Shown piece by piece: positions 13,048-22,487 of a stretch of DNA of 38,746 nucleotides. A program made the translations under genes and the position numbers. The notes beneath the pieces were generated by a model. That model was not told the origin of the DNA. It saw only the letters and a list, made by a program, of their open reading frames with translations, and did not search any database. The DNA comes from a virus. Taxonomy: Duplodnaviria > Heunggongvirae > Uroviricota > Caudoviricetes. The number at the start of each line of letters is the position of its first letter. Positions within the stretch are counted from its first letter, which is position 1. The stretch is taken from the IMG/VR virus record IMGVR_UViG_2740892229_000013; one strand, 5' to 3'.

Positions 13048-14303
13048 TGGCAATCCCGTCCTCGCTCAGTCTTGTGCAACTGCATTCTGGACAGATGAAA
13101 GTCTTCCAGTCTCCGCATCGATTTAAAGTTGTTTGTGCTGGTCGACGCTGGGGAAAATCCCGGTTGTCGATCTCCACTATTATTCGTGCGGCGGCAAAGG
13201 AAAAAAAGCAAAGGGTCTGGTATGTCGCTCCTACTTACCAGATGGCTCGCCAGATTTTGTGGGACGATCTACAGGAAGTTCTGCCTCGTAAGTGGGTTAG
13301 GAAAAAGAACGACACCACGATGACAATCGTGTTGAAGAACGGTTCGGAGATCGCCCTCAAAGGTGCTGATAAGCCTGACACTCTGCGCGGCGTAGCGTTG
13401 CATTTTGTAGTGCTTGATGAATTTCAGGATATGAAGGCTGACACTTGGTACAAGGTGTTACGACCTACTCTTTCATCGACACGCGGCGGTGCACTGATCA
13501 TTGGTACGCCAAAAGGCTTCTCGGAATTTCACAAACTGTGGACTATAGGCCAGAACGTAGAGCTGCAAAGAAAGGGACAGTGGAAGAGCTGGCAGTTTGT
13601 AACTGCCGATTCTCCGTTTGTACCTACGGCGGAAATTGAAGCTGCTAAGAACGATATGGACCCCAAATCGTTCGCTCAGGAGTACCTGGCCAGCTTTGAG
13701 AACATGTCCGGGCGCGTTTACTACCCGTTCGATCGTAACGTGCATGTAAAACCGCTTCAGTTCAACCCTCGGTTACCTATATGGGTAGGGCAGGACTTCA
13801 ACATTGACCCGATGTCTTCCGTAATTTTGCAACCTCAGCCAAATGGTGAGCTATGGGCAATTGATGAATTGGTGCTCTTTTCCTCTAACACGGCAGAGGT
13901 TTGTGATGAGCTTGAGAGACGCTTCTGGCGCTGGAAATCACAGATAACGATATTTCCAGATCCGGCAGGTGCTTATCGCCAACATGCTCGCGGGGAGTCT
14001 GACGTCGACATATTCAAAGAGAAGGGATTCTTACGTGTCGATTATTCGAAAAAGCACCCGCCAATTGCGGATCGTGTTAATGCTGTTAACCGAATGCTGA
14101 TGACCGCATCTGGAGATATCCGGCTGTATATCGATCCGAAGTGCAAGCATTTGATTGATTCACTGGAAAAAGTCATCTACAAGCCTGGAACACGAGATAT
14201 GGATAAGACAGGTGGCATTGAGCATAGTGCAGACGCATTGGGCTATCCAGTACATCGTAGGTATCCAGTCAAAAACCGTGTTATTCTTGGTGGTTCTCGA
14301 TAG
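13047..14303 (+). CDS. Terminase large subunit (418 aa)
   Basis: Walker A CAGRRWGKS, Walker B VVLDEFQD. Size and position upstream of the portal gene. Confidence 0.9.
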   Translation: MAIPSSLSLVQLHSGQMKVFQSPHRFKVVCAGRRWGKSRLSISTIIRAAAKEKKQRVWYVAPTYQMARQILWDDLQEVLPRKWVRKKNDTTMTIVLKNGSEIALKGADKPDTLRGVALHFVVLDEFQDMKADTWYKVLRPTLSSTRGGALIIGTPKGFSEFHKLWTIGQNVELQRKGQWKSWQFVTADSPFVPTAEIEAAKNDMDPKSFAQEYLASFENMSGRVYYPFDRNVHVKPLQFNPRLPIWVGQDFNIDPMSSVILQPQPNGELWAIDELVLFSSNTAEVCDELERRFWRWKSQITIFPDPAGAYRQHARGESDVDIFKEKGFLRVDYSKKHPPIADRVNAVNRMLMTASGDIRLYIDPKCKHLIDSLEKVIYKPGTRDMDKTGGIEHSADALGYPVHRRYPVKNRVILGGSR

Positions 14304-14329
14304 GTAAGTAATTATCTAAGGTTATTCAA

Positions 14330-15904
14330 ATGGAATTGAACGACAAACAAATTAAGGATCTGGTGGCGCGACGCCACCCGGAATACGAAAAGAAAAAAGA
14401 ACATTGGGACTTCCTCGCCAGCACTTACGCTGGCGGGCGTGGTTGGTTTACAGACAATATCTTTCGTTACTTTAAAGAGGGAGATCAGGAGTTTAAGGAG
14501 CGAGTTGAACGTGCTTATCGCTTCAACCACACTCGTGAGGTGGTAAACCTCATCAACAAATATCTCTTTAAAGAAGACATTCATAGAAATATCGAAGAGG
14601 CACCAGAGCAGATCCGCAATTTCTGGAAACGTGCGACTCGCCAGAATGCCTCTATTGACTCATTTATGGCCGCTATTGATTTGCAGTCGTCTATTTACGG
14701 TCGCATATGGGTTGTTGTCGATAGCACGATGAGTGGTGATGTTGAGTCAGTAGCTGACGAGAAAAAGAAAGATGCTCGCGCCTACGCCTACTGGATTTCA
14801 CCTCAGCAAATGCTGGATGTGGCATGGGACGACGACGGGAATATGTTGTGGGCGTTAATTGTGGAAGTCGCTCGTGATGACGCAGATCCTTTTACTTCTA
14901 CAGGTCAGGAATACCAACGTTATCGTCTGTGGACACAAAACGAGTGGTATCTGTTCCGTGAGGAAGTGAAGAAGGGCGCTGGTGGAGCAGGTCGCCGTCA
15001 GGCAAAAGTTATTTTAGAGGATAGCGGTGAGCATAATCTCGGCGTAGTTCCTGTGTTTCCTGTTGATTGTATTGGAGAAAGTGAATCACCGTATTTCAGC
15101 CCATCGTTGATCGATGATATCGCTTATCTTGATCGTGCGGTTGCAAACTATCTGTCAAACCTTGATGCCATTATTCAGGATCAGACATTTAGCCAGTTGG
15201 CTATACCGGTACAGTCGCTTTTACCTGGTGATGAAAACCACACTAAAGTGCTTGAAATGGGCACAAAGCGAGTCTTCACCTACGATTCTGAAGGTGGAAA
15301 CCAGCCGTTTTATCTGTCACCAGACCCGAAACAAGCTCAGATGATCATCACTACGATTAAGACGGTGATTAACGAAATCTACCATTCAGTTGGTGTAGCT
15401 GGTGAGCGAACGAAGCAGGACAACGCACAGGGAATCGATAACTCATCTGGGGCCGCAAAAATGTATGACTTCCAGCGTGTAAATAGCTTGCTTGTCACAA
15501 AAGCAGAGCGTCTGGAAAGGGCTGAACGCCAAATCATGCTACTGGTTGCGAAATGGATGGGGGTAGATCTGGACGAAGACCACTCTTTAATTGCGTATCC
15601 AGAAAGTTTCGATATTCGTGGCCTTACAGATGAATTTTCTGTTGCCGAGAAACTGTCATTACTTCAGGCACCGGACTCTGTACGTCGTCACCAGATGGAA
15701 ATGCTTATTGAGAAGATTTTCCCGAACATTACTGAGGCGATGAAAAAGGAATTTGATAAAGATCTCTTGAATTTTCCGCCAAAAAATGATCTAAATACCC
15801 TTGAAAATAAGTCAGTACTTACTTATGATCGTGGTGTGGCCCAAGAAAGCGGGCAAGATCAACCCCGAGGGAATGGGGACTCATCTACTCAAGAGAACGA
15901 GTGA
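14330..15904 (+). CDS. Portal protein (524 aa)
   Basis: Size and position directly after TerL. Acidic C-terminal tail. Confidence 0.85.
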   Translation: MELNDKQIKDLVARRHPEYEKKKEHWDFLASTYAGGRGWFTDNIFRYFKEGDQEFKERVERAYRFNHTREVVNLINKYLFKEDIHRNIEEAPEQIRNFWKRATRQNASIDSFMAAIDLQSSIYGRIWVVVDSTMSGDVESVADEKKKDARAYAYWISPQQMLDVAWDDDGNMLWALIVEVARDDADPFTSTGQEYQRYRLWTQNEWYLFREEVKKGAGGAGRRQAKVILEDSGEHNLGVVPVFPVDCIGESESPYFSPSLIDDIAYLDRAVANYLSNLDAIIQDQTFSQLAIPVQSLLPGDENHTKVLEMGTKRVFTYDSEGGNQPFYLSPDPKQAQMIITTIKTVINEIYHSVGVAGERTKQDNAQGIDNSSGAAKMYDFQRVNSLLVTKAERLERAERQIMLLVAKWMGVDLDEDHSLIAYPESFDIRGLTDEFSVAEKLSLLQAPDSVRRHQMEMLIEKIFPNITEAMKKEFDKDLLNFPPKNDLNTLENKSVLTYDRGVAQESGQDQPRGNGDSSTQENE

Positions 15905-15925
15905 TAAGTAACAAAGGGAATTTTT

Positions 15926-16813
15926 ATGAAACTGTGGCAAATGCTTTTGGCCCGTCGTGGTCTGATGGATGTTGCTGAAGCGCATGAGCGTGGGGGCGCT
16001 GGCGGTGTAGCTGCTGATAATGAGCAGAGTACACAAGATCCTGACAAGCAGGGTGAACAAAAAGAGCAGCCGAAGGGTGATGACGAATACGCTGGCATGA
16101 CTCATGAAGAGTTACTGGTCGAACTTCGCAAAACCAAGAAAGCTGGTGCTGAACTGCTGAAAGAGAACATGAAGCGCAAAGAGAAAGAGCGCACATTGGC
16201 CGATCAGCTTGCTCAGTACGGTGATATCGACCCGGCGCGTGCTCGCCAGCTTTTAGAAGCTGAACAGGCCGCAGAAAACGCACGTCGTGAGGCGGAGCAA
16301 GCTGAACTGGAGCGTCGTGGTGAGTTCGATGCTGTTAAAAAACAGATGATCGAAGCACACCAGGCAGAGCTGGCACAGCGTGACGAACGTTATGCAGCAC
16401 TGGAAAGTGAAAACGCATCACTGAAATCTCAATTAGTCGAGATGACCGTGGGCGCTTCCTTCAGTAACTCTCTCTTCCTACGTGACAAAGTTCTGATGAC
16501 TCCGGCAAAAGCCCGCGTGATCTACGGTTCTCATTTTGAAGTGGGTGAAGACGGTAGCGTAGTGGGTTATGACAAACCGGCAGGTCATAAAGAACGAGCT
16601 GTTCTGGTTGACGGTGAAGGTAAGCCGTTGCCGTTTGAATCCGCGATTGAACGCATTGTGCGGGCAGATCCGGAAGCTGACGCATTGATGCGTAGCGAAG
16701 CCAAGCAGGGTGTAGGCTCACATTCCAAATCGACCTACACAATATCCCAACCGAAGAACAAGTCGACTATGGATAAGTTGGCCTCCGGTCTGGGGAAAAT
16801 TGGACTTAAGTAA
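15926..16813 (+). CDS. Scaffolding protein (295 aa)
   Basis: Lies between the portal and capsid genes. Long charged coiled-coil segment (EAEQAAENARREAEQAELERR...). Confidence 0.7.
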   Translation: MKLWQMLLARRGLMDVAEAHERGGAGGVAADNEQSTQDPDKQGEQKEQPKGDDEYAGMTHEELLVELRKTKKAGAELLKENMKRKEKERTLADQLAQYGDIDPARARQLLEAEQAAENARREAEQAELERRGEFDAVKKQMIEAHQAELAQRDERYAALESENASLKSQLVEMTVGASFSNSLFLRDKVLMTPAKARVIYGSHFEVGEDGSVVGYDKPAGHKERAVLVDGEGKPLPFESAIERIVRADPEADALMRSEAKQGVGSHSKSTYTISQPKNKSTMDKLASGLGKIGLK

Positions 16814-16838
16814 CATCTAAATCAAAGGGAATTGATAG

Positions 16839-17714
16839 ATGCCATTACTGCGTGAAGAAGCTGAAAAGCTGTCTAACAACGAACTTGAACAGGGCGTGAT
16901 TGAAACCATCATCGATCGCGATGACCTGTTTGCCATCCTGCCTTTTATGAAAATTACTTCAAAGGCATATCTGTACAACCGTGAAAAAACGCTGAGTGAA
17001 GCTACCTTCATCGACGTTAACGACACCATCCCGGAAGGTGCAGCAACCTTCGAAGAATGCGTTGCGAAACTGCGTATTCTGGCTGGTGACGTAGACGTTG
17101 ATAAATTCCTGGCAACCACTATGGCCGACACCAATAACCAGTTGGCTATTCAGGTTCGTCAGAAAGTTAAAGGTCTGGCTCGTGCGTTCCGCCGCAACCT
17201 GATTTTGGGTGACTCCAGCTCCAACAACAAAGCGTTTGACGGCATTCCACGCCTGATGCACGCAGATCAGAAGATCGATATCGCCGGTGCATCTATGACT
17301 TTCTCTATGTTCGACGAACTGGTCGATGCGGTGAAAGATCTTGGTGCTGACTGCATCATGATGCGTTCAGAGCACCTGCGTGCTTATCGTGCGCTGCTGC
17401 GTACAGTAAACGTAGGTCCGTCTGAAATCATGATGGAGAACTTTGGTCGTCCGATGCTGTGTCATAACGGCGTTCCGTTCATCATCAACGACTTCATCCC
17501 GACCGATGCTGGCAAAGCAAGCATCTATTGCCTGCATCTGTCAGAAGAGAACGGCGTTACTGGTCTGTATGGCGGCGATAACGCAGGTATCGTTGTTGAA
17601 AACATTGGTACTGTACAGAACAAAGACGCAGTACGTACCCGTGTGAAGTGGTACTGCTCTCTGGCGAATAAGCACGATAAGGCTATCGCTGCACTGACCA
17701 ATGTAAAAATTTAA
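16839..17714 (+). CDS. Major capsid protein (291 aa)
   Basis: Position after the scaffold gene. Strong RBS AAAGGGA and a very strong terminator downstream. Confidence 0.85.
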   Translation: MPLLREEAEKLSNNELEQGVIETIIDRDDLFAILPFMKITSKAYLYNREKTLSEATFIDVNDTIPEGAATFEECVAKLRILAGDVDVDKFLATTMADTNNQLAIQVRQKVKGLARAFRRNLILGDSSSNNKAFDGIPRLMHADQKIDIAGASMTFSMFDELVDAVKDLGADCIMMRSEHLRAYRALLRTVNVGPSEIMMENFGRPMLCHNGVPFIINDFIPTDAGKASIYCLHLSEENGVTGLYGGDNAGIVVENIGTVQNKDAVRTRVKWYCSLANKHDKAIAALTNVKI

Positions 17715-17746
17715 TCAGTGTGGTAGATAAGCAATTATCTATGTTT

Positions 17747-17775
17747 AAGGGTGGGCTATACGCCCACCCTTTTTG
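17747..17775 (+). terminator. Rho-independent terminator
   Basis: AAGGGTGGGC (17747-17756) / GCCCACCCTT (17762-17771), T-run 17770-17774. Confidence 0.9.
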
Positions 17776-17787
17776 TAGGAGCAAGAA

Positions 17788-18708
17788 ATGCCAGAACAAA
17801 AGATGAAGATTACGGAAGAGGCATTTTCGGATTTTACGGGGCATATGTGCCGCGCCGGATTTACCAATTCTATCTCCGATGAACCTTTAACCGAGCGGCA
17901 ACAAAGTCAGCTATCTGCTTGTTTGCAGGCGGTTCCCCTCTCCCAATCCGTAAACATAACCCCGGCTTCACCGTCAGTTTTGGTTGGGAAAACTGTTCAA
18001 CTTAGTGCAGGTATTAGTATGGGTAAGAGTGCCAGTTCATTCACTTGGAAGTCAGCTAATGATCAAATTGCAGCCGTTAACGGCACTGGATTAGTAACTG
18101 GTGTAGCACCAGGCAAAGTAAAAATTACTGCAACTGATCAGGAAACCCAGCTTTCCGCGTCAGTGGAAGTCACCGTAAATCCGGTAGCCGTTCAATCCGT
18201 AACGGTAACGCCAGACTCAACCTCTGTTGAGAAAGGGAAATCAGTCAGTCTGAAAGCGAATGTTCAGCCGTCAAATGCGACGAATAAGGCTGTTACCTGG
18301 TCTTCAAAAAATGAAGATAAGGCAACGGTAGACCAGAGCGGGAACGTTACTGGTGTAGAAGTTGGCACTGCGACGATTGAGATCGTTTCCCAAGATGGCA
18401 GCAAAAAGGCAACTGCAACGGTGGAAGTAACTGCGCCTGTTGTGGCTGTTACCGGCGTCGAAATCGACCCAAATAGCACAACCGTTGAGGCAAACAAAAC
18501 TGTTCAGCTGACCGCAAATGTCGAGCCGGCAGGAGCAACAAATAAAACCGTTACTTGGGAATCCCAAAATACCGAGTTTGCAACGGTTGATAGCGAAACC
18601 GGTGTTGTAACTGGCGTTGCGGCTGGTACTGCCACAATCGAGGTTACTACCCAAGATGGTAGCCACAAAGCGACAGCGACCGTAGAAGTCACTGCTGCAC
18701 AGGAATAA
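17788..18708 (+). CDS. Ig-like (Big_2) repeat protein, probable capsid decoration/accessory protein (306 aa)
   Basis: Three tandem ~85-aa units of the type VTVTPDSTSVEKGKSVSLKANVQPSNATNKAVTWSS...ATVDQSGNVTGV..GTATI. Confidence 0.85.
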   Translation: MPEQKMKITEEAFSDFTGHMCRAGFTNSISDEPLTERQQSQLSACLQAVPLSQSVNITPASPSVLVGKTVQLSAGISMGKSASSFTWKSANDQIAAVNGTGLVTGVAPGKVKITATDQETQLSASVEVTVNPVAVQSVTVTPDSTSVEKGKSVSLKANVQPSNATNKAVTWSSKNEDKATVDQSGNVTGVEVGTATIEIVSQDGSKKATATVEVTAPVVAVTGVEIDPNSTTVEANKTVQLTANVEPAGATNKTVTWESQNTEFATVDSETGVVTGVAAGTATIEVTTQDGSHKATATVEVTAAQE

Positions 18709-18716
18709 TCAATATT

Positions 18717-18734
18717 GGGCGGCGAAAGCCGCCC
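18717..18734 (+). other. Stable GNRA hairpin without U-tract
   Basis: GGGCGGC-GAAA-GCCGCCC. Confidence 0.6.
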
Positions 18735-18752
18735 ATGTAGAGAGAAAGCGTT

Positions 18753-19187
18753 ATGAAACCAGCAAAAATTGTTTTATTAGAACCGCAATTTTCCGGTTAT
18801 TCGGGAATGCTGTGTGGCGTTCAGTTCGAGAACGGGGTATCCGTAGCGGAGTTGCCTTTTATCGATCAGCAGAGGATTTGTGCTTCAATGCGAGCGTCAA
18901 CAGTAGAGGGCAAAAATGTTTCTCCGTCTGCCGCATACAGTGATCGTGGTGAATTGACAGCAGACCTGATTACCGAGCCAGCAGCGCCTGACATTGTGCC
19001 AATGAAACGTGGGACACCAGATGAACCGGCCAAACAGATCCAGACTTTCACACGAGAAGAGCTGGAGTCAATTGCAGACAACGAAGGTATTGCCGGTCTA
19101 CGAGTTATTGGTAATCAGGTTGGTGTCAAAGCGAAAGGAATTGTCGAAATGATTGACGGCATCCTGAAAGCACAAGGTGGTGAGTAA
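18753..19187 (+). CDS. Hypothetical structural-module protein (144 aa)
   Basis: ORF track. Lies in the head module. The stop overlaps the next start (TAATG). Confidence 0.7.
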   Translation: MKPAKIVLLEPQFSGYSGMLCGVQFENGVSVAELPFIDQQRICASMRASTVEGKNVSPSAAYSDRGELTADLITEPAAPDIVPMKRGTPDEPAKQIQTFTREELESIADNEGIAGLRVIGNQVGVKAKGIVEMIDGILKAQGGE

Positions 19188-20020
19188 TGGCGCAGATCGA
19201 CTCGTATCGTAGCGGTGAAGCTGTTTCTCTTTCATTTGCCTTCAACGTGCTGGATATCGAATCTGCCACCTACACAGTAAAGGACAGCACCGGGGCTATT
19301 CTCGTTGATGGCGAGCCGCTAGAAATTACCAACGGTCAAATGTCGATTCCGGTTGTCGTGTCGGCTGAATATAACCAGCTCTCTGAGAAAGAGCGAGATC
19401 TGCGGTACGTCATTGTGAAGGCTGTTGCATCGGGCCTGACGCATGAAGAGCGTCAAATGTATGTTCTGCTGAATACTTTTGAACTGTCGATACCAGAACA
19501 GTCGTTTGCAACTGTCGCTGATGCTCAAATGCAGGCGATCGATATGCTGAATGGGGACACTTTGCTGTCGGATGGTGAAGGCTTAATGCGCAAGCGTCTC
19601 ATTGAGGCTACCAGACGAATTAAAACTTTACCGTTCTCAATCCGCAAAATTCTACGTATCGACTTTGACCGATACGATCGCCCTCAAAATATGCTGAATG
19701 TGTATGACATTCCGTGGGGAGCAGATGGAGCGTACCGGCATGATTTAGTCGATTGGGAAAAGATGACGCAGGAGAAGTTTGAAGAGTTCCCTGACTACTT
19801 CAAAGAAGCGTTGATGCTTGCCGTTGTCAACGAAGCGTGTGAGATCGCAAATGGCAATGATGTAGCCGCAGCACGAGAGGATGGCATTTTGTCAGAGTCC
19901 ATCGGTGAAACAACCAACATGTACCGTACCGGTAAAGCTGCAAACGTGCATGTGGCTCGTAGTACCTGGCGCTTGCTGGTCAGTTACATCAACAACCGTA
20001 TGATTGTTCGCCGTGCGTAA
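19187..20020 (+). CDS. Hypothetical head-completion/connector protein (277 aa)
   Basis: ORF track. Function assigned from position between the head and neck genes only. Confidence 0.65.
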   Translation: MAQIDSYRSGEAVSLSFAFNVLDIESATYTVKDSTGAILVDGEPLEITNGQMSIPVVVSAEYNQLSEKERDLRYVIVKAVASGLTHEERQMYVLLNTFELSIPEQSFATVADAQMQAIDMLNGDTLLSDGEGLMRKRLIEATRRIKTLPFSIRKILRIDFDRYDRPQNMLNVYDIPWGADGAYRHDLVDWEKMTQEKFEEFPDYFKEALMLAVVNEACEIANGNDVAAAREDGILSESIGETTNMYRTGKAANVHVARSTWRLLVSYINNRMIVRRA

Positions 20021-20099
20021 CGCCAGTCGCATTATTTACTTTTGGTCTAAAGGGTTTTTGGCCAGTAATGAGAGCGACCGACAACAACAGGGAGAGAGC

Positions 20100-20444
20100 A
20101 TGAATATTTCATGGCAAACAGAAATTGCGATCTACCGCTTTGGCGCAAAGAACGTTTACGGTGAGGCGCAATTACAATTCGTCAGGAAGACGAATGTCGG
20201 CGTGGTTAAGTTCGAACAGAGTAATGAGAAATCGTCAGTTCGTGCTGATAGCTCTGGTAGTCGTGGTAAGGCGAGTCTGGAGCTGTTTGATGCTGTGTTA
20301 GTTGTCCCTTTGGAAGCGGCTGTACAACTTGATGATGTACTGATCCTTGAAGGTCAAAAATTAAAGGTGTCCAGTGTTCATCGCCGCTGGGGGCTACGAG
20401 GAAGACCTGGGCATCTTGAAGTAGGGGCGAATATATGGGTCTGA
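20100..20444 (+). CDS. Head-tail connector/head-closure protein (114 aa)
   Basis: Track ORF 20004 trimmed to ATG 20100 (GGGAGAG RBS). Function by position only. Confidence 0.6.
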   Translation: MNISWQTEIAIYRFGAKNVYGEAQLQFVRKTNVGVVKFEQSNEKSSVRADSSGSRGKASLELFDAVLVVPLEAAVQLDDVLILEGQKLKVSSVHRRWGLRGRPGHLEVGANIWV

Positions 20445-20908
20445 AATACGATGCGCATCAGTTCAAACGTGCGGGGAATAGACTCAACAACAGCCAGAAA
20501 GCATTTAAGCGATATCTTATTCGGGACATGGAAAAGCTGGCGCGTTTGGTTGAGCGTCTCAGCCGTGCAATGGCCCCGCTGGAAACCGGATCTCTGGAGA
20601 CAGCCATCTTTGCCAGGGTGATTAAAGAAGGTTATTCAGGGCTGCGTATTGAGCTTTCTGTGTCTGGAGCAAAACCACGTCAGGGGCATCCGGGCGTAGA
20701 AGTAGGTGACTATGCTAAGTACATGGAGCTGGGTAAATACCGACTCGGTTATCTTTCTCGAATGAAGAACGTGACAAACCCACCAATTGCCGGTGTTAAA
20801 CCCCGTGTTGGGCCACACTTTCTGGAAAGAGCGGTGGAAATTAGCGAGAAGCAGTTCTCAGAAGCGATTCTTGAGGCTGCCAGAAAAGCCGGATTTACGA
20901 GAGGTTAA
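20435..20908 (+). CDS. HK97 gp10-like tail-completion/neck protein (157 aa)
   Basis: Motif APLETGSLETAI resembles the xxDTGxLxxSI signature of the HK97 gp10 family. Overlaps the upstream gene by 10 nt. Confidence 0.7.
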   Translation: MGLKYDAHQFKRAGNRLNNSQKAFKRYLIRDMEKLARLVERLSRAMAPLETGSLETAIFARVIKEGYSGLRIELSVSGAKPRQGHPGVEVGDYAKYMELGKYRLGYLSRMKNVTNPPIAGVKPRVGPHFLERAVEISEKQFSEAILEAARKAGFTRG

Positions 20909-20909
20909 T

Positions 20910-21293
20910 GTGTTTATTGAAGCGTTTGCAAGTTTGATGCAGAAGGCAAAGATTGGCACGGTCGGGACTGACATTTTCTGTCACTACTTGCCTGCCAATG
21001 TGAAATCTGGCGTCCTGCTTATTAACCCAAATACCGGTATCAGCATCGATCATGAGCTACAGGGCTTTTATCTCGAATCATTCACAATCATTGTGCGTGG
21101 TTCGTCAATTACTACGACGGTTGAGAAAGCCAATAAAATCATTGAGATGTTTCCAGTAGAGGAAACGGAATCTGGTGGTGTTTATTTTCGACTTGTACGA
21201 CCGATGGCGATGCCAATCATTTATCCCAAAAATGATGGGGCATTAATAGAAGCAGGCATTCCTGTTGAATTTGCTGGCTATTTATTGAATTAA
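20910..21293 (+). CDS. Tail terminator/tail-completion protein (127 aa, GTG start)
   Basis: Track ORF 20787 trimmed to GTG 20910 (GAGAGG RBS), 2 nt after the upstream stop. Last gene before the major tail protein. Confidence 0.6.
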   Translation: MFIEAFASLMQKAKIGTVGTDIFCHYLPANVKSGVLLINPNTGISIDHELQGFYLESFTIIVRGSSITTTVEKANKIIEMFPVEETESGGVYFRLVRPMAMPIIYPKNDGALIEAGIPVEFAGYLLN

Positions 21294-21299
21294 CTCAAT

Positions 21300-21319
21300 T
21301 AGTAAGTATATACTTACTA
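21300..21319. promoter_or_regulatory. Perfect 20-bp palindrome TAGTAAGTATATACTTACTA
   Basis: Self-complementary on hand check. ~50 bp upstream of ATG 21368. The core GTAAGTATATACTTAC is 15/16 identical to 1955-1970. Confidence 0.65.
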
Positions 21320-21367
21320 TTAGCGCAATGAATGCGTAGAATTAACGGAAAAAGGAGTTTTCCATCA

Positions 21368-22114
21368 ATGTCTAATACCCATGTAAAAAACATCAAACTT
21401 GGTGCCTGTAAGGTGTCGTTTGGTGGTGTGGATTTGGGTTACACCAAAGGTGGTGTTCAGGTTGAAGTAGCCACTGAAACGCTGAAAGTCACCGTCGATC
21501 AGTTGGGGCAGACCGTAATTTCCGAATTAGTTCAGGGGCGCAACATTACCATCACCGCGCCTCTGGCTGAGTCTGTACTCCAAAACATGGTTGACCTGAT
21601 GCCTGGTTCTACTCTGAGCGAAGATGACAACTCTGTCACGATCACATCTGCACAGGGCGTTAACCTGATTGATGTGGCGAAGGAGCTGGTTCTGACTCCG
21701 CAGGACACCACCGACTATGTGTTGACCATCCCGAAAGCGGCAACCGCGGGCAACTTCACTATGACCTACCAGTCTGATGATGTTCGTGTGTTCTCTGTTC
21801 AGTTCAGCGCATACCCTGATGACGAAGGCGTTCTGGGAAGAATGAGCGGCCCTAAACCGGTAAAAACTGTGTCGATCGCACCGGAATCTCCAACCGTAAA
21901 AGCTGGAGAAACTGTGCAACTGACAGCCGAAATCACTCCAGCTGATGCCGCAGACAAAACCGGTGTTTGGGAATCCGAAGACCAGGAAAAGGCCACGGTA
22001 GATCAAACGGGTCTGGTACGTGGTGTGGCGCAGGGTTCTACAAATATCTCCTTCACCAGCAATAGCGGTGGTAAGAAGGCAACTAAATCAGTAACGATTA
22101 ACCCCGCAGATTAA
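21368..22114 (+). CDS. Major tail (tube) protein with C-terminal Big_2 Ig-like domain (248 aa)
   Basis: Track ORF 21332 trimmed to ATG 21368 (AAGGAG RBS). C-terminal VSIAPESPTVKAGETVQLTAEITPADAADKTGVWES... resembles the Ig domain of lambda gpV. Strong terminator follows. Confidence 0.85.
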   Translation: MSNTHVKNIKLGACKVSFGGVDLGYTKGGVQVEVATETLKVTVDQLGQTVISELVQGRNITITAPLAESVLQNMVDLMPGSTLSEDDNSVTITSAQGVNLIDVAKELVLTPQDTTDYVLTIPKAATAGNFTMTYQSDDVRVFSVQFSAYPDDEGVLGRMSGPKPVKTVSIAPESPTVKAGETVQLTAEITPADAADKTGVWESEDQEKATVDQTGLVRGVAQGSTNISFTSNSGGKKATKSVTINPAD

Positions 22115-22127
22115 TCAGTAATTAAGC

Positions 22128-22154
22128 AGAGGCTCAGGATGGGCCTCTCTTTTA
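22128..22154 (+). terminator. Rho-independent terminator
   Basis: AGAGGC (22128-22133) / GCCTCT (22143-22148), then CTTTT. Confidence 0.75.
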
Positions 22155-22169
22155 AAAGGATTTTAACCA

Positions 22170-22487
22170 ATGACCAAATTACTCGATCTCGATTCCATTC
22201 TGCCTCCGAAGAAACGCATCAAATTTGGCGGTCAGGAATATCCCATCGTTGAAATGACGGTAGGTCTGTTCGTTTCCATCAAGCAGATGGAAGGTAAAGA
22301 TCTCATGAACATGTCTCCTGTTGAGCAAGTGACAGCTTATGCAGATCTGGTTCGTAAGGTTATCCCTTCAGTACCTGACGAAGTTCTTGAAAAACTGACT
22401 GTTCCGCAACTCCAGCAGATCTTCACCTTCGCTATGGAAGTGATTGATGAAGAAAACGAAAAAGCGGCTGGCGAAGGGGCAAAGTAA
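22170..22487 (+). CDS. Tail assembly chaperone (gpG-like, 105 aa)
   Basis: Position between the major tail protein and the tape measure. Acidic C-terminus. Confidence 0.75.
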   Translation: MTKLLDLDSILPPKKRIKFGGQEYPIVEMTVGLFVSIKQMEGKDLMNMSPVEQVTAYADLVRKVIPSVPDEVLEKLTVPQLQQIFTFAMEVIDEENEKAAGEGAK

